64,000 nucleotides of DNA from Lingula anatina. Taxonomy: Eukaryota; Animalia; Brachiopoda. Numbering within the stretch: position 1 is the stretch's first letter; every line of letters starts with the position of its first letter. The notes under the pieces were generated by a model that made no database searches, had not been told where the DNA came from, and worked only from the letters and a program-made list of their open reading frames with translations. Shown one piece after another: positions 52,135 to 64,000 of this stretch. The position numbers were made by a program, and so were the translations under genes. The stretch spans positions 5,704,001 through 5,768,000 of the forward strand of contig JBPQGU010000016.1 of the NCBI GenBank assembly GCA_051362555.1, read 5' to 3'.

Positions 52135-52239
52135 TTTTTATGGCATAATTTTACCAATTATAGGATGTCATGATAACCAGTATGTTTTTTATGGCATAGG
52201 TTTACCAATTATAGGATGTCATGATAACCAGTATGTTTT
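52135..52239. repeat. Tandem duplication of about 51 bp
   Basis: TTTTATGGCATA..TTTACCAATTATAGGATGTCATGATAACCAGTATGTTTT occurs twice. Confidence 0.85.
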
Positions 52240-53642
52240 GTTAGTTAAATAAATTAACTATGGTTATTTTATGATTAAATTGAGTTTTATATTTCTTCAT
52301 TTGCATTATTTGGAGGATTATGCTTTAAAAATCATCATCCACAGTAGTATTGATTGAACAGACTCCAGAAGTTCTGGTGGTCTAAACTATCTAATGTATG
52401 TTCTTTTGGCAAAAGAATAGGGGCATTGGCAAATAAACATTGATCTATGCATTTTTTGTTCATTTGTCAGTCTGATGGTAATTCCAATATGTTTTGTCAT
52501 TTGGATTTGATAAAGCATATAACCTTTGGCAAACAATTTTTCAAAGATGACATTTTGTGAGGCTTAGCCTGCAAATGAAAGTAATTTTGTGATCTTTGTA
52601 TTTGATAAAACTAGATGAAGAGAAAACAGTTGGCAGTAAAAGTAGATCTGTTTGGACCCTATGAAGCACTTGCCATAAGGGCAGTCTAGATGTCAACAGG
52701 CCATTGGGGATTGAACCATGATTTTCTCTGCAACATTATCAATCAAGACTTAAGGTTAAGAAAACAAGCAGGCAGGAATAGTGGGCAGCCTAAATCAATT
52801 GTCTTGGAATTATGAGAGAGCCATGTATATATCCCAAAGTTTCTACACATCTTAGCCTCTCTATAAATTTTATAATATTTATTTCAGTGCAGTGTTTTTT
52901 TAATACATGCCTGTATCTTTTTAAAATACAGAACTTACAAAGAACAATTTAAAATTACAATTCATACCATGTACTTAACAGATTTAACAGACTCCCACTT
53001 GATGTAAAAGTTACATATCTTTTTGGTGCCAATCCTACGGGTCCTTGTTTCTCACATTCTGTCTTTTTTTATTCTAAATGACACTGCATGGGGCAATTAA
53101 GTAAATTAACTTAGTTTCCCTTAATAAGACTATGTAATGGCTGGTAATGGAATAAATCATGTAGCCTGGCAGTTATGCAAGCTGTTTAAACTTGGCATTT
53201 ATCTCCCATGTGAATGAAAACTAAATCCTGACAAAGCAAAATAATTATCATCATTTATATATTATTTTGACTCTTTTAGATCAACTGTAACATCAGAATG
53301 ATGAAGGAATATTTGTATTGTTTTGACTATTAACACTCAGCCAGAAAGGTGAGGGAACATTGGTGCACCAGTTGATTACTGACATTGAGCTGATGAAAAG
53401 CTTTCTTTTTTCGATGAAATCTGAAAAGCATCCAACATGTAACTAATTTGATTTCCTTTCCAAAGCTTAAGGTTGTTTGGTCTTAGCATGAGGAATATTC
53501 ACCTTGTGTTTGCAGTGTGGAGAAAGACACATGTACTGGGTACCTATTCCACAGCATGGCAATTGTATCATGGACTAGCTGGTAGTGGAATTCTTGCACT
53601 ATGAATTTTGCAACAAAATGAAATTGAGCATTTGGCAGCCTT

Positions 53643-53817
53643 TTCCAAAGGTTGTCTTTCCTGTCAAGTTGGGACTGCCCATCTTGTGCAATCTTACCCA
53701 AAGGTTGTCTTTCCTGTCAAGTCAGGACTGCCTATCTTTGTGCAACTTCACCCAAAAGTTGTATTTCCAGTCAAGTTGGGGCTGCCTATCTTGTGCAATC
53801 TTTCCAAAGGCTGTCTT
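53643..53817. repeat. Minisatellite of about 54 bp (about 3 units)
   Basis: CCAAAGGTTGTCTTTCCTGTCAAGT.GGACTGCC.ATCTTGTGCAA repeated. Confidence 0.85.
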
Positions 53818-56800
53818 GACAAAAAGCCTTTAGATTGGCTTCCTTTAGGAAGCTATACTGGCAGCTGATGTCAGTGTTGGAATTGGTCACACAACATTCT
53901 TATGACCTACCTTATCTGGAAACATGGCCTATATGTAAAAACACTTGGTCACTAGAATCAGAAGTACGTGTACATTTCTTAGCACAGACACATGTTTTTG
54001 TATGTACTTACTTTCTCAACTGCAGAATCTTTGTCTTGTCTGAACTTCCTGGTTTACAGATGCCTATACACATGCCTATTCCCAGGTGCCAAGTTCATTG
54101 ATTGGGATATGTTGTGGCATGCGTGATGTGCATATTTTGACCAGTTGAGACTTCTGATATGGAGATTTTCACACCAAAATCCATTTAACTGGCGACAAAG
54201 TGCCCGACAGACATTAATTAACCTAAATTGATACGTCTCAAGTAAGAAAAGTTTATAAATGTGAAAAAAAGCAACTATAAGAACTCCTGATAGTGGATTT
54301 TAAAGTTATCTTTACATTTTACCCAACGAATTATGTTAAAATGATTTCTGAATTACAAAATTTTTTCTGCTCGGGCGTTTTGTTCGTCTACCATCGTTTT
54401 TCTTCAATACAACTAGTGTACCGTTATACTTGGGTGTCTACTACTAGCTCTTGTTCAGCAAAAAAGAACAATAGATCATGATTTCATATTTTCATCTTTC
54501 AAAACACTATATCATAGATTTGAAAAATCATTCTGAGCCCGGCCTACACATGTATATTGTACGATCATGGAACCTTCAAGACTCTCAAAACTTCGAAGAA
54601 ATATTTCTAAAGGATAAAAAAATTCAGCCGCATACAATTAAACCGTTCTACATGTATACACTGTACTCCCAAGTACAGAATCAAGGTTGAAACAGAATGT
54701 TGGATGAGGATAAAGTCCCTATTCACTTCTCTGAGGGGAATAAACCCCTCCCCCATAAAAAATAAAATTGTGCCATCCGTGTGTGATGAATTTTCACTAT
54801 AACATATTCAGTTAAATCATCTTTAAAACATTATAATATTGGTAAATTTGGAATTTTACGATTTGACACTTGCTATGTAAACAGAGTTTATCTTCTATCT
54901 TGCTCATGATCACATAAAGCTGTAGTGCTGTAAAACATTTTTAAAAGGGAAATTGCGTGGGCCCCTTTATTCACCCCAAAAGTGGATGAAATCCGAGTGC
55001 ATTGCTCGATCTGTGCGACGTCCAATTTAACTAAAAAATCAACAGATCTATATTTTGCATCTACTTTAATATTTTGAGCAAATTTCCTACAATTTGTTCC
55101 GTCCATTTACTGAAATAAAAACCTTCATTTCCAAAACAAGTACCGGTAGTTTCATTCGAATCAAAAGTCGCAACTCACACAATAAAAGACTCTCAAAATA
55201 TAATAGCAACAACATCTACCACACTTAAGGTGTCATTACCTCTTCAAAAATTATCGGTACATATCTTACTAATACTTCAATGCAATGTAGGTTCAAAACA
55301 AAAATGGCATAGGCTTAAATTTTGTCTATGATCTTTATTCTTATCGAAAGGTACTTTTAGTATGCCGCACTATTGATACAAATTGAACGTGCGCTTTCCG
55401 GCAAGGTAGAAGGTGGTCCTTAACGCGTATGGTGTTACAACTACTATAAAATAACTTCCAGTTTTATTGTGCTTTTCGAATTTGAATTGTAGACCTTTCT
55501 GTGCTAGAATTTGGCCTTCATCTGAATGTTAAAACCTCCTCGTCAAAAATGAAAACGAAAATCAGTTGCCGAATTCAATACCAAAAGAGGAGGACTATTT
55601 CGTTCTCTGTTTGTGATTTTTCTATTTTTTGATTATATTATTTATTTTCTTTCTAAGATATAAATTTACCATGGTGTAGCACTCTTCCGAGCGGTGGATA
55701 TGTATACACCCGCCAGACACCCCCAGGTAAACCTTATAATACCAAAGTTTGGATTTATTAAACGGAGATTTTAATGATGCTGCAAATAAATGAAGCATGG
55801 CCCCTTTTCTTATACAGAAACCTATCGGTAATTTTCAATAATCGGTTGAATCTGCAGATTTTAGCATGCTAATGGACGAGATCATTTTCACCACTGACAT
55901 TGAGAGATAGCGACAATTAAAATGGATATTAGGTATAGATAAACGTTAATCTTTTCCTAATAGAAGTTTGATGGATGAAGCAATCCTATTTATACAAAAC
56001 TGTCGATAGAGGCACTGAACATATTACCAGGGGTACGGCCTGAAAATAAAGTGTGAAATAGTTTGTGATATAGGCCTATACTTATGTGAAAAAAAAAACG
56101 GATGGCTTATTTTCTTCTTTCCCATGATTACCTTTATAGCAATGTGCAATCTGTGGCAGGAGCAGATTTTCCCGTGAAACAAGCCCCCGGTATAAGTGGT
56201 GTTTCAAAATTGAACCCCACTCTTCGAAACCCAGGAGTGGCATCTTCTGCATCCACAGTCCATTGAATTATTTTCTCAAATGCCAGTTAAATTGAGATTT
56301 TGATCCAATTAATGTATGGCCTTTGCATGTGCAGCTAAGTTCTTGCCTTAAAATAAAAAATAAAAATATTACTTGAAATTATTAAATGTGATAGAGATTA
56401 TAATTACTAAACAAAACCTATTGTTTCAAAAGATTTATTGTCACTGTCAATTAAAAGTCGGTAGGAAAGCCCTGAAAAAATCGATTCCTTATTTTGAAAA
56501 ACCCAGTGAGAAGTAACAACACACGGGATCCAACCCTGGAAAATGATAACAGAACTTCATGCGACCCAATCTCTTTACGTTTGCAACTAAAGACCCTGGG
56601 CCATTGGATAACAGTCTTTTAACTAGTAACATACAGCTTTGGACAACATATTGATGGGTACTGCTTAGATTTAATCGAATTGGTATTGATTGGATAAAAG
56701 CAAATTATGGGATTTAATTTCCTTGCCATTTCCATTTTAAACCCGGAAATCATTTAATCATTGGTCCTCTTTGTCCTCCAAAGTTACTGGAAATAAATAG

Positions 56801-57726
56801 GCCCTACTTTTCGATAGCCAATCTTTATTTGTGTTGTTGCTCGGAATAATTGATATTGTTTTCGATAGATAATAATCTATATGTTTTTATAAAATATTGC
56901 TGAAATTAATCGCATTGTTGCGATGCATTTAGCATGGTATTTTGACTATTTTTCTTACACTTTTGCCAAAATTTGCCAATATTTAGTAAAGCGTTAGCAA
57001 GAATTTCCCTTTTTGCCTCTTATTTCTATTAGTTTAATGTTGGCCAAATTTGCTTTGGATCTCTGCGTAACAGCTGCAGAAACAGGCGAATGCTAGTCAG
57101 TGACATGAATGAATGCGTTTGGATGCGCTGCAATTGTGCCACGAAAGCGCAGCTACCGCAATGCCAAGTTTGTAACCCAACTTCTGATCAGCAATGTACC
57201 GTAATTGATGATGAACACAACTGTTTTGTATGAATTTACAAGATAGAGGTATTCTCTGATGAGATTCTCTGAATGGTTGCCTTAATGTTTGTCTGCCATT
57301 ACATAAGATGAAGGAGTCGTATATTACGTTTGAGATAAGCTCATCAGTTGAGATGTAAGATATACAAGCAAGTTCTTTTTTTTTTACACAGGATAGTTTA
57401 GTCGGATATTTTGAGGGGAAAAATCTGCACATTCAAGTGCTATTTTCGTGTCCTTTTTAATGCTTAATCTTTTAATATGAACAGCAAGATCTTTTTGAAA
57501 TATCAAAACTGTGAAAAGATAATGTAAGTAGTGGAATAGAGCAAATTTTCATGAGGCTAAAAACTGTATAACCAAAATTGAACTATTTAGGTTCTATGCC
57601 AGGTGGAATGACAGAAGCAGAGCAGGCCTAATGATTTTGTTTTTGTTATATATTTAGATCCACATTGTCTATTTTATGTATATTGTTTTTATTTATTATA
57701 TATTTACTCGTTGTTAATTAATATAG

Positions 57727-57727
57727 T

Positions 57728-57766
<39 letters not shown>

Positions 57767-58420
57767 CAACAGCAGCATTAATAAGGTTATTCCTGGGCTC
57801 AATTGTTGACATATTTCCATTTACCCAACCAATATTCAATGCATATTTTTTTTGTTGTTGTTAAAAAATTGCACGACAGAAATTCCGATTTCCTAAAAAT
57901 TAAGGAAACTAACAACGCTTTCGTAAACCAAGTCATCAATTTGTCTGGTCTAAATGAGCAATTTTCCCTATTGAAATTGAGAAAAAAATGCTCACCAAGG
58001 TTTTCAACTGAATCTGGCCCCAATAGACAGTAGCAAATTTAGTTTTCCAACTAAATCCAACATCCATTGTGAAATCTCTTTTTGCACCAAAATCCACTTT
58101 TAGACCGCTGTAATTCAAAAGTATTGTCACTCTCATTATGTCAAAACTCACTTACAAAAAATGGTTTGAGATCAACAGAAAATGGTATTTAACGCCAAGA
58201 TTTTAGTAGAAACCTTGTTTGACATTTACCTCTGTACCTCCAATAACACAAGGCGATGGTTGCAGTTTGATAAGCAGATTTTGGGGCACCACCTTGGTCA
58301 CCCTTTGAATAGTAACAGATTTACTGGAAAAGTTGGCATTTGCTTTAATCTCATCATCAATTAAGGCTTTCATTTCAGTAATCGCCTGTCTATATGGGTT
58401 TTTGACGTTACACACATTCT
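57727..58420 (-). mobile_element. Decayed 3' end of an L1/Tx1-like LINE with (TAAA)n tail
   Basis: Frameshifted minus-strand fragments (KILALN, CLLG, IGKIAH, terminal CIEYWLGKWKYVNN-stop) resemble the Tx1/L1 ORF2 C-terminus and end about 30 bp before a (TAAA)10 tract (57727-57766); 5' boundary approximate. Confidence 0.45.
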
Positions 58421-60210
58421 GTACCTTCAGTCAGCTAAATGGTACTATTAAAGATAAATTCTAAAAATGCATTACCTAATACCAACCAGAACTATTGCAG
58501 AGAATGACATTTCTATGACCACATAGCAAGCTGATGGTAGGCAGTTCTTGTTTTGCTTTGCGTTCGACATCAAACTTATACCATTGGGCATAAAAAATTT
58601 ACCAAACTAAGACTCTGATAACTCAATAATCACCTTTGATAATTTCAATGAGATTTTATTTTAACTGCTTTAAGAAGTTACGTTTGGTACATGAAAGTTT
58701 GACTTAAAAGACTGTGTTACATTGCTGTGGTGATCAATTAAAAATCGTAGGCCACAAAAAAAAAAAAAAAAACACGATGCATTTTGCCACCCTAAATACA
58801 TTTGAAAGATCCCATGCAAGTCGTACAAAGACATCCGGTTAATTCCTTTTCCATATCTGTTTCACAAGGAGGAAAAAATGGAAAACTAGCTATTATGTCA
58901 ACCTCATTTCACGCTGATAGAATTATAGTTGAAGCATATACAACAATTTCTTCATCTATATTCATTGATGTGACATTAAGATGTTTGCACGTTGCTGAAA
59001 CCAATGAGCTCGGCCGCCTAACGAAAAGCCAATAAGCCGACATGTAAATCGGAATGTGCAATAATACCACAAATAGGCCAACTACACTGTACCCACCCGA
59101 CTGTTTTAGATAGATAGGTCTACTTCATTTAAATCTCCTGATCAATAGATAATCAGCAGCGATTTGGAACCTTATCGGTTGTCTATTTAGCATTAGAAAC
59201 TATAACGCCAGGGGCCACTTTGGTAACATTTATGTCAATAACGGCAAGAGGATGGATATTCCCTGACACTTTGCCCTAATTTGTAGTTCAGTCAAATTGA
59301 AACGTCCCACGCAATTACCACCAGAGTGTACTTTGTCCGAATTATTGTAAATCAGCTCACATCGTCTGACAGGTTTTTCTAAGAATAGAGTATAATCAGG
59401 GCTCTCTGTCATATCAGGTCAGTGGGTAGAGGGAAAAGTTACTATTTTTACGCGCTGATTAATAATTACAATTCTGAAGAGTACCCAACGCACCGTGCAT
59501 TCAAACCATCTGGGGCGTTTAGAAGGAGCACGTTAAATGACCTGTGATGTATATGGCAAGTTTTAACTTAAAAGTCTTCCGTTTCAACTTGCCTCCAGGG
59601 AATAGTTTCAGGGGCCAGTGTAGTTATGTCTTTAATTGAAAAAATTGATTTTAGTAATAATTGATGGTTATTTAATCTTATTTGTTTCGGATTTGGATTT
59701 CTGATGATGTTGCCTGTTCTCTTGTAGCGACATTTGTGCATAAGATACTTTTTATGAGGGAAGAATAGGGATTTGATGAGTTTTATCGTTTTCCATTACA
59801 CAGTATATGATTTTGTATAAACTATTTAAATAATACATTTCAGAGATGGGCGTTCCTCTTAACACTGGTTGAACTACTTGAGTAAATCGTATTTCCATTT
59901 TGTACATTTCATTCGGTTTTCTCTCTTGACGCTTTGACCACATAGCGGTAATGCCTAAATCCGATACTGCAGGTTACTTATGGTAAGGTAAATGGCAAGC
60001 CTCTCTCTCTGTGTATACCTTACGTTACCTGTGGCAATGTAAACAGCAAGCTGTTCTCTCTGTATCTTACCTTATCGTGTTGATTCAGGTGGTTGCCATG
60101 AACTAGATTAAACTAGATGTGTATGGGGTGAACGCAGGGCTCTGAACAGGGGCATCCCAGTATGCTGTCAAATACCAAACCTAGGCGGCGGCCTGGTTAT
60201 GTTGCCCTTC

Positions 60211-60378
60211 CAGTGGCGGATCCAGGATTACTTGTAATGGGGAGGGGGGGGGGATTTTGGATTTTTAGAGGGTGAAAGGTGCCATTTGGTACGGTTTAGA
60301 ACTATGATTCAACTTGTCAAAATTCTAATTCTTTTTTTTTTTTCAGAAATCGAAGGGTGGTCAGGGGGTCCGCCACTG
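60211..60378. mobile_element. 168-bp MITE with 5-bp TSD (hAT5-like)
   Basis: TIRs CAGTGGCGGA / TCCGCCACTG; CCTTC duplicated at 60206-60210 and 60379-60383. Confidence 0.85.
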
Positions 60379-60724
60379 CCTTCTATGTGCAACCTATGTG
60401 CAACCTTCATACACCTCTCAACATACATGATCCAAATTGGAAAATATTGAATAAGTGTGTGTGGAAAACAACACATCTGACAGTTTTCCAGGCAAAACTG
60501 CAAAACGCTTAATTTCGGTGCTGTGTTTATTTTTGGGGGATCATTTTTGAACTTTGGTTATTTTACAGTGACGCTTACGAATCTTTTGAGTAACAGCTTT
60601 CATGTGTGGGATACCACAGAACGTGATGATGCAAGTATTAAAGATGCACAGTGTAAGACTTCCCCTTGAAAATCTTTCACTGAGATAATCGGTTGTTTCT
60701 TTGGCTACCAACCTTTCTTATGTA

Positions 60725-60994
60725 CGGAAGCGTGTAAGGGTCACAACAACACCACACACTACTTACAACACCACACACAACACTTACAACACCACACACA
60801 ACACTTACAACACCACACACGAAACTCACAACACCACACACACTACTTACAACACCACACACAACACTTACAACACCACACACAACACTTACAACACCAC
60901 ACACGAAACTCACAACACTAAACGAGCTCACAACACCAGTTTTGGGCGTGTTGTTGTGACGTTCGTGTGCTGCTGTGACCCTAACACGCTTCCG
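60725..60994. mobile_element. TA-flanked MITE carrying a 21-bp minisatellite
   Basis: TIRs CGGAAGCGTGTAAGGGTCACA / TGTGACCCTAACACGCTTCCG; TA at 60723-60724 and 60995-60996; interior of ACAACACCACACACAACACTT-type units. Confidence 0.8.
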
Positions 60995-61703
60995 TACTTT
61001 TGTATACACTCGGCATAGCTCTGTAACAATCTGTGGCAGTTTCAAATCCCGCCATCCCTTCGAGCTCAGTCAGTGTCCAGATTGGTTGATGAGCGAGGTT
61101 CGTCAGGGTCTAGTAAATCTGATTATTTTTTATATTTTAATAATCATGAGATTTCTCTGTTTTACAAAATTACCAAAAAGTAATATTTGTCCGTATAAAG
61201 GTTAACAATAAACAATAATAAGTCTATTATATATACTAACACACTGTGAAAGTACGCTAATTTAACGCAAAAACTTTGAGTGCTTTTGGCATCTAATGGC
61301 CCTGTCACACCTTCACGATTTAGTCAGCGAACGGCAACGTATGAAAAATTTGGCCAATACGCTGGCGTGCGTCGAATAAGTTATGGGTAAGTTTTGTATA
61401 TGTTAAGAGCACGCTGAAGCACGCCGGCATACGTCGTAGTACGTCCACGTAGTCCAAAAATTTTGTGCATGCACAAAACTTTTCGACGTATGTCAACGTA
61501 TGATTCATACGTCCCGCATACGCGGGCAATAAGTTATGCGATCGTTGACACCCGTTCACACACGTTATGTGTAAGTTACTCACAAGTCGTAATACGTCAA
61601 GATAATATCAAGCGTACCCAAGACGTTTGTTCAACCTATGATTAACGTGCTTTGAACCTATGTGTAACTTATATCGAACTTATCTCTAACGCACATTGAC
61701 ATA

Positions 61704-63093
61704 CACACACTGGACAAAAGAAGTGTCACCCCCTAACTCAGAGTAATAAAAGTAGGCAGATCTTGGGTACTTATAATGCCTGTACTGGTCTACTTATAAT
61801 GTGACTAATGAGTATAAAACCGCTATACCATTGAATTGTATTGTTGGTCTTGTACATGTATAGCAAATGTTATTCCTGTCTTCCTCCAATATGGCAAGAT
61901 ACAGGCAATTATCTAACGGTTATAGGTGCAAGTTATTAACCTGAAGAGGCGGAATATAAGCAATGTCAGAATATCGATACAATTGAATTCTTCAGTCAGA
62001 ACCGTGCATAGGGTCTGGTCTCGGTATAGAAACACTGGATCAAGAGACAAATTGCCTCTGATGGGTCGTCCAAGAAAAACTACTGGCCGTGAAGACCGAC
62101 GACTGATTTTGATGTCCAGGTTGTCAAAGTTCGACACTGCTTGTCAGTTGACAACACAGTGGAACAATTTCACACATAAGAATGTGTCCGTGAAAATTGC
62201 TAGGCGTCGGTTACATGCTCAGAGAGTGAACAGCAGGGTAGCAAGACTGAAACCTCTTATATCGTTACAAAACAGGCAACGTAGAGTAAACTAGGGTCAA
62301 CAGGATCTGGAACTGGACAGTTCATGACAATTGGTCCTATATATTTTTCTGATGAGTGTCGCTTTGGTCTGACCTCTGATGACAGACGGGTACTATGCTG
62401 GCAAACTGCTGGTAAAGCATTTGAACCACATGCACTGAATTTTCGAACCCGGAGCAGCATATTCATCATGGTGTGGGGCTGCATCAGCATCCATGGCTTG
62501 GGCGAATTGATAGTGGTTAATGGAAACATGAATCACTAGAAATATATCGATGTTTTGGAGTCAGGCTTGCTACCAACTATAACTAACATGTTTGGTGACA
62601 GGAATTATCCATTTGTTCACCAGGATGACAATGCTCCATGTCACAGGCCCAGAGCAGTTGATCATTGGTTTGACCAACAGGACATTCGCAGGGTGATGTG
62701 GCCTGCCCAGAGTCCGGATGCAAACATAATAGAAAATGTGTGGAATGATATGTCAAAACTTTTTACAAATGCCCGTCTAACCAGCAGAGAAACTCTGTTA
62801 TATTCAGTTTTTCATGCTTGGGCCAGCATAAGCCCTGAACGCATCAGACAATTATATGAAACCTTACTTCGTAGACTGGCACCTATTATTAGGTCACGTG
62901 GCTATGTCACTAAGTACTAATTTTGGACTTGAAACTGCATATTTTGGTAGAATGTATATTTTGTTCTCATTTTGTGATTTTTTGTGAAATTTGATGTTAA
63001 TGAAATGATACCAGGAGCATATCATTCCACAGTCATTTACCTCCCCCATAGTATTGGCTCAGTAGGGGTGACACTTCTTTTGTCCAGTGTGTG
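61704..63093 (+). mobile_element. Full-length Tc1 (DD34E) transposon, 1390 bp
   Basis: Perfect 29-bp TIRs CACACACTGGACAAAAGAAGTGTCACCCC (61704-61732, 63065-63093); TA TSD (61702-61703, 63094-63095). Confidence 0.95.
61891..62920 (+). pseudogene. Tc1-family transposase pseudogene
   Basis: HTH region with GRPRKTT; catalytic FSDECRF, VWGCIS, QDDNAPCH and WPAQSPDANIIENVW with 34 residues between the second D and E. Frameshifts near 61925 and 62300; TAG stops at 62292 and 62537. Confidence 0.93.
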
Positions 63094-64000
63094 TAGTTAG
63101 ACGTATTTGACGCGTTTCGAACAACCCCAGAACTTACTGAACGTGCTGCTAACGTTGAGCTACCGTATGATGGCGTGTTGGCAGCGTTTAGTGGAATTGG
63201 GGTATAAAATTGGGGTTCGCAGGAGGAACCCGTCAGTACTCCTGAAGAATCCATGGTGAGCAGATGTGCATGTCACCCGAGAGATGGAGAATCCGAGAAG
63301 GCTGAGACAAGAATACGTGGTCGTCGGCCGTACGCTGCGGTGCGGTATGCATAAGTTAGACTGGCGTTGGGCATAAGTTGTGAACGCCGGTAACACGCTA
63401 CGCATTCGTTGGTATAAAGTGTCTATAAGTAATAGAAACGTTCTATATAAGTTACTAATACGTCATGTATACGCTGAACTCGTTATGAATACGGTATGTA
63501 TACGCCAAAAATTGAAAAAAAAACGTCGTCAATTCAACGTATGATATCAAAATGATCACGTCGGGCATACGCTGGCGAAATCGTCAAGGTGTGACAGGGC
63601 CATAATCAGTGAATTGCGTTTATATGCCATTGTAGGTGGACAATCAAAATATCGTACCCCTTTCGGACCTCTTCCCCTTGATGGAGGCCTGTGTTATAGC
63701 CTGAAGACTGGTCTAAACTTTAAGACCGATATTTAAGTCAACTCGAAAACAAGATTAAGTAGTAAGTATACCTGGCGCCTGTTTTATAAGTGGATAGAGA
63801 CTGATCTTGAAGTGAAGAGGGTCGTCTTTTTTTGGAGCAAGTTAAGGGCTATCACCGTTTTGTGACAGCAGACCATCTCTCAGTGATTACTTGTGGTTCA
63901 ACAGAATACATCGGTTATATTAGAGACCTAATTATTTTTTCTGATAAGGGTGATGTGAACTCCTTGAATTCACCTAACGAGGACAGCTTAGACGAAAATT

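Larger units (their letters stand above)
61297..63602. mobile_element. PIF/Harbinger-type non-autonomous element (about 914 bp without the nested Tc1)
   Basis: TIRs TGGCCCTGTCACACCTTCACGATTT / AAATCGTCAAGGTGTGACAGGGCCA; TAA TSD (61294-61296, 63603-63605). Confidence 0.85.

Noticed and set aside
54180-55423. CpG-richer segment ending in GGTCCTTAA, possibly a DNA transposon
   Set aside because: No matching left terminus found.
60064-60100. ATCTTACCT..AGGTGGTT, superficially like the U1 snRNA 5' end
   Set aside because: Lacks the U1 stem-loops and Sm site; better explained as a minus-strand splice donor.
60677-61045. Thr/His-rich and Val/Cys-rich ORFs on both strands
   Set aside because: Translations of the 21-bp minisatellite within a MITE.

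Overview
AT-rich animal genomic DNA (invertebrate-like; the lineage cannot be fixed from sequence alone), mostly intron-like and rich in transposons. The only intact protein-coding region I can support is a single-exon class A GPCR ORF of the Moody/Tre1/GPR84/melatonin-receptor-like type (35189-36355, minus strand). It may be nested antisense in a large intron of a + strand gene (candidate terminal exon at 49820; by eye CpG depletion ends near 54.1 kb). Mobile elements: two Helentron/DINE-1-like elements with internal 146-bp tandem arrays, many PIF/Harbinger (Tourist-like) MITEs, two TTAA-flanked Kolobok-like elements, a decayed DD34E Tc1 nested in a Harbinger-type MITE, and two truncated LINEs. 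The most unusual observation is three MITEs with different TIRs and dissimilar interiors that are each exactly 168 bp with a 5-bp target-site duplication. All calls were made by eye; no database searches were run.
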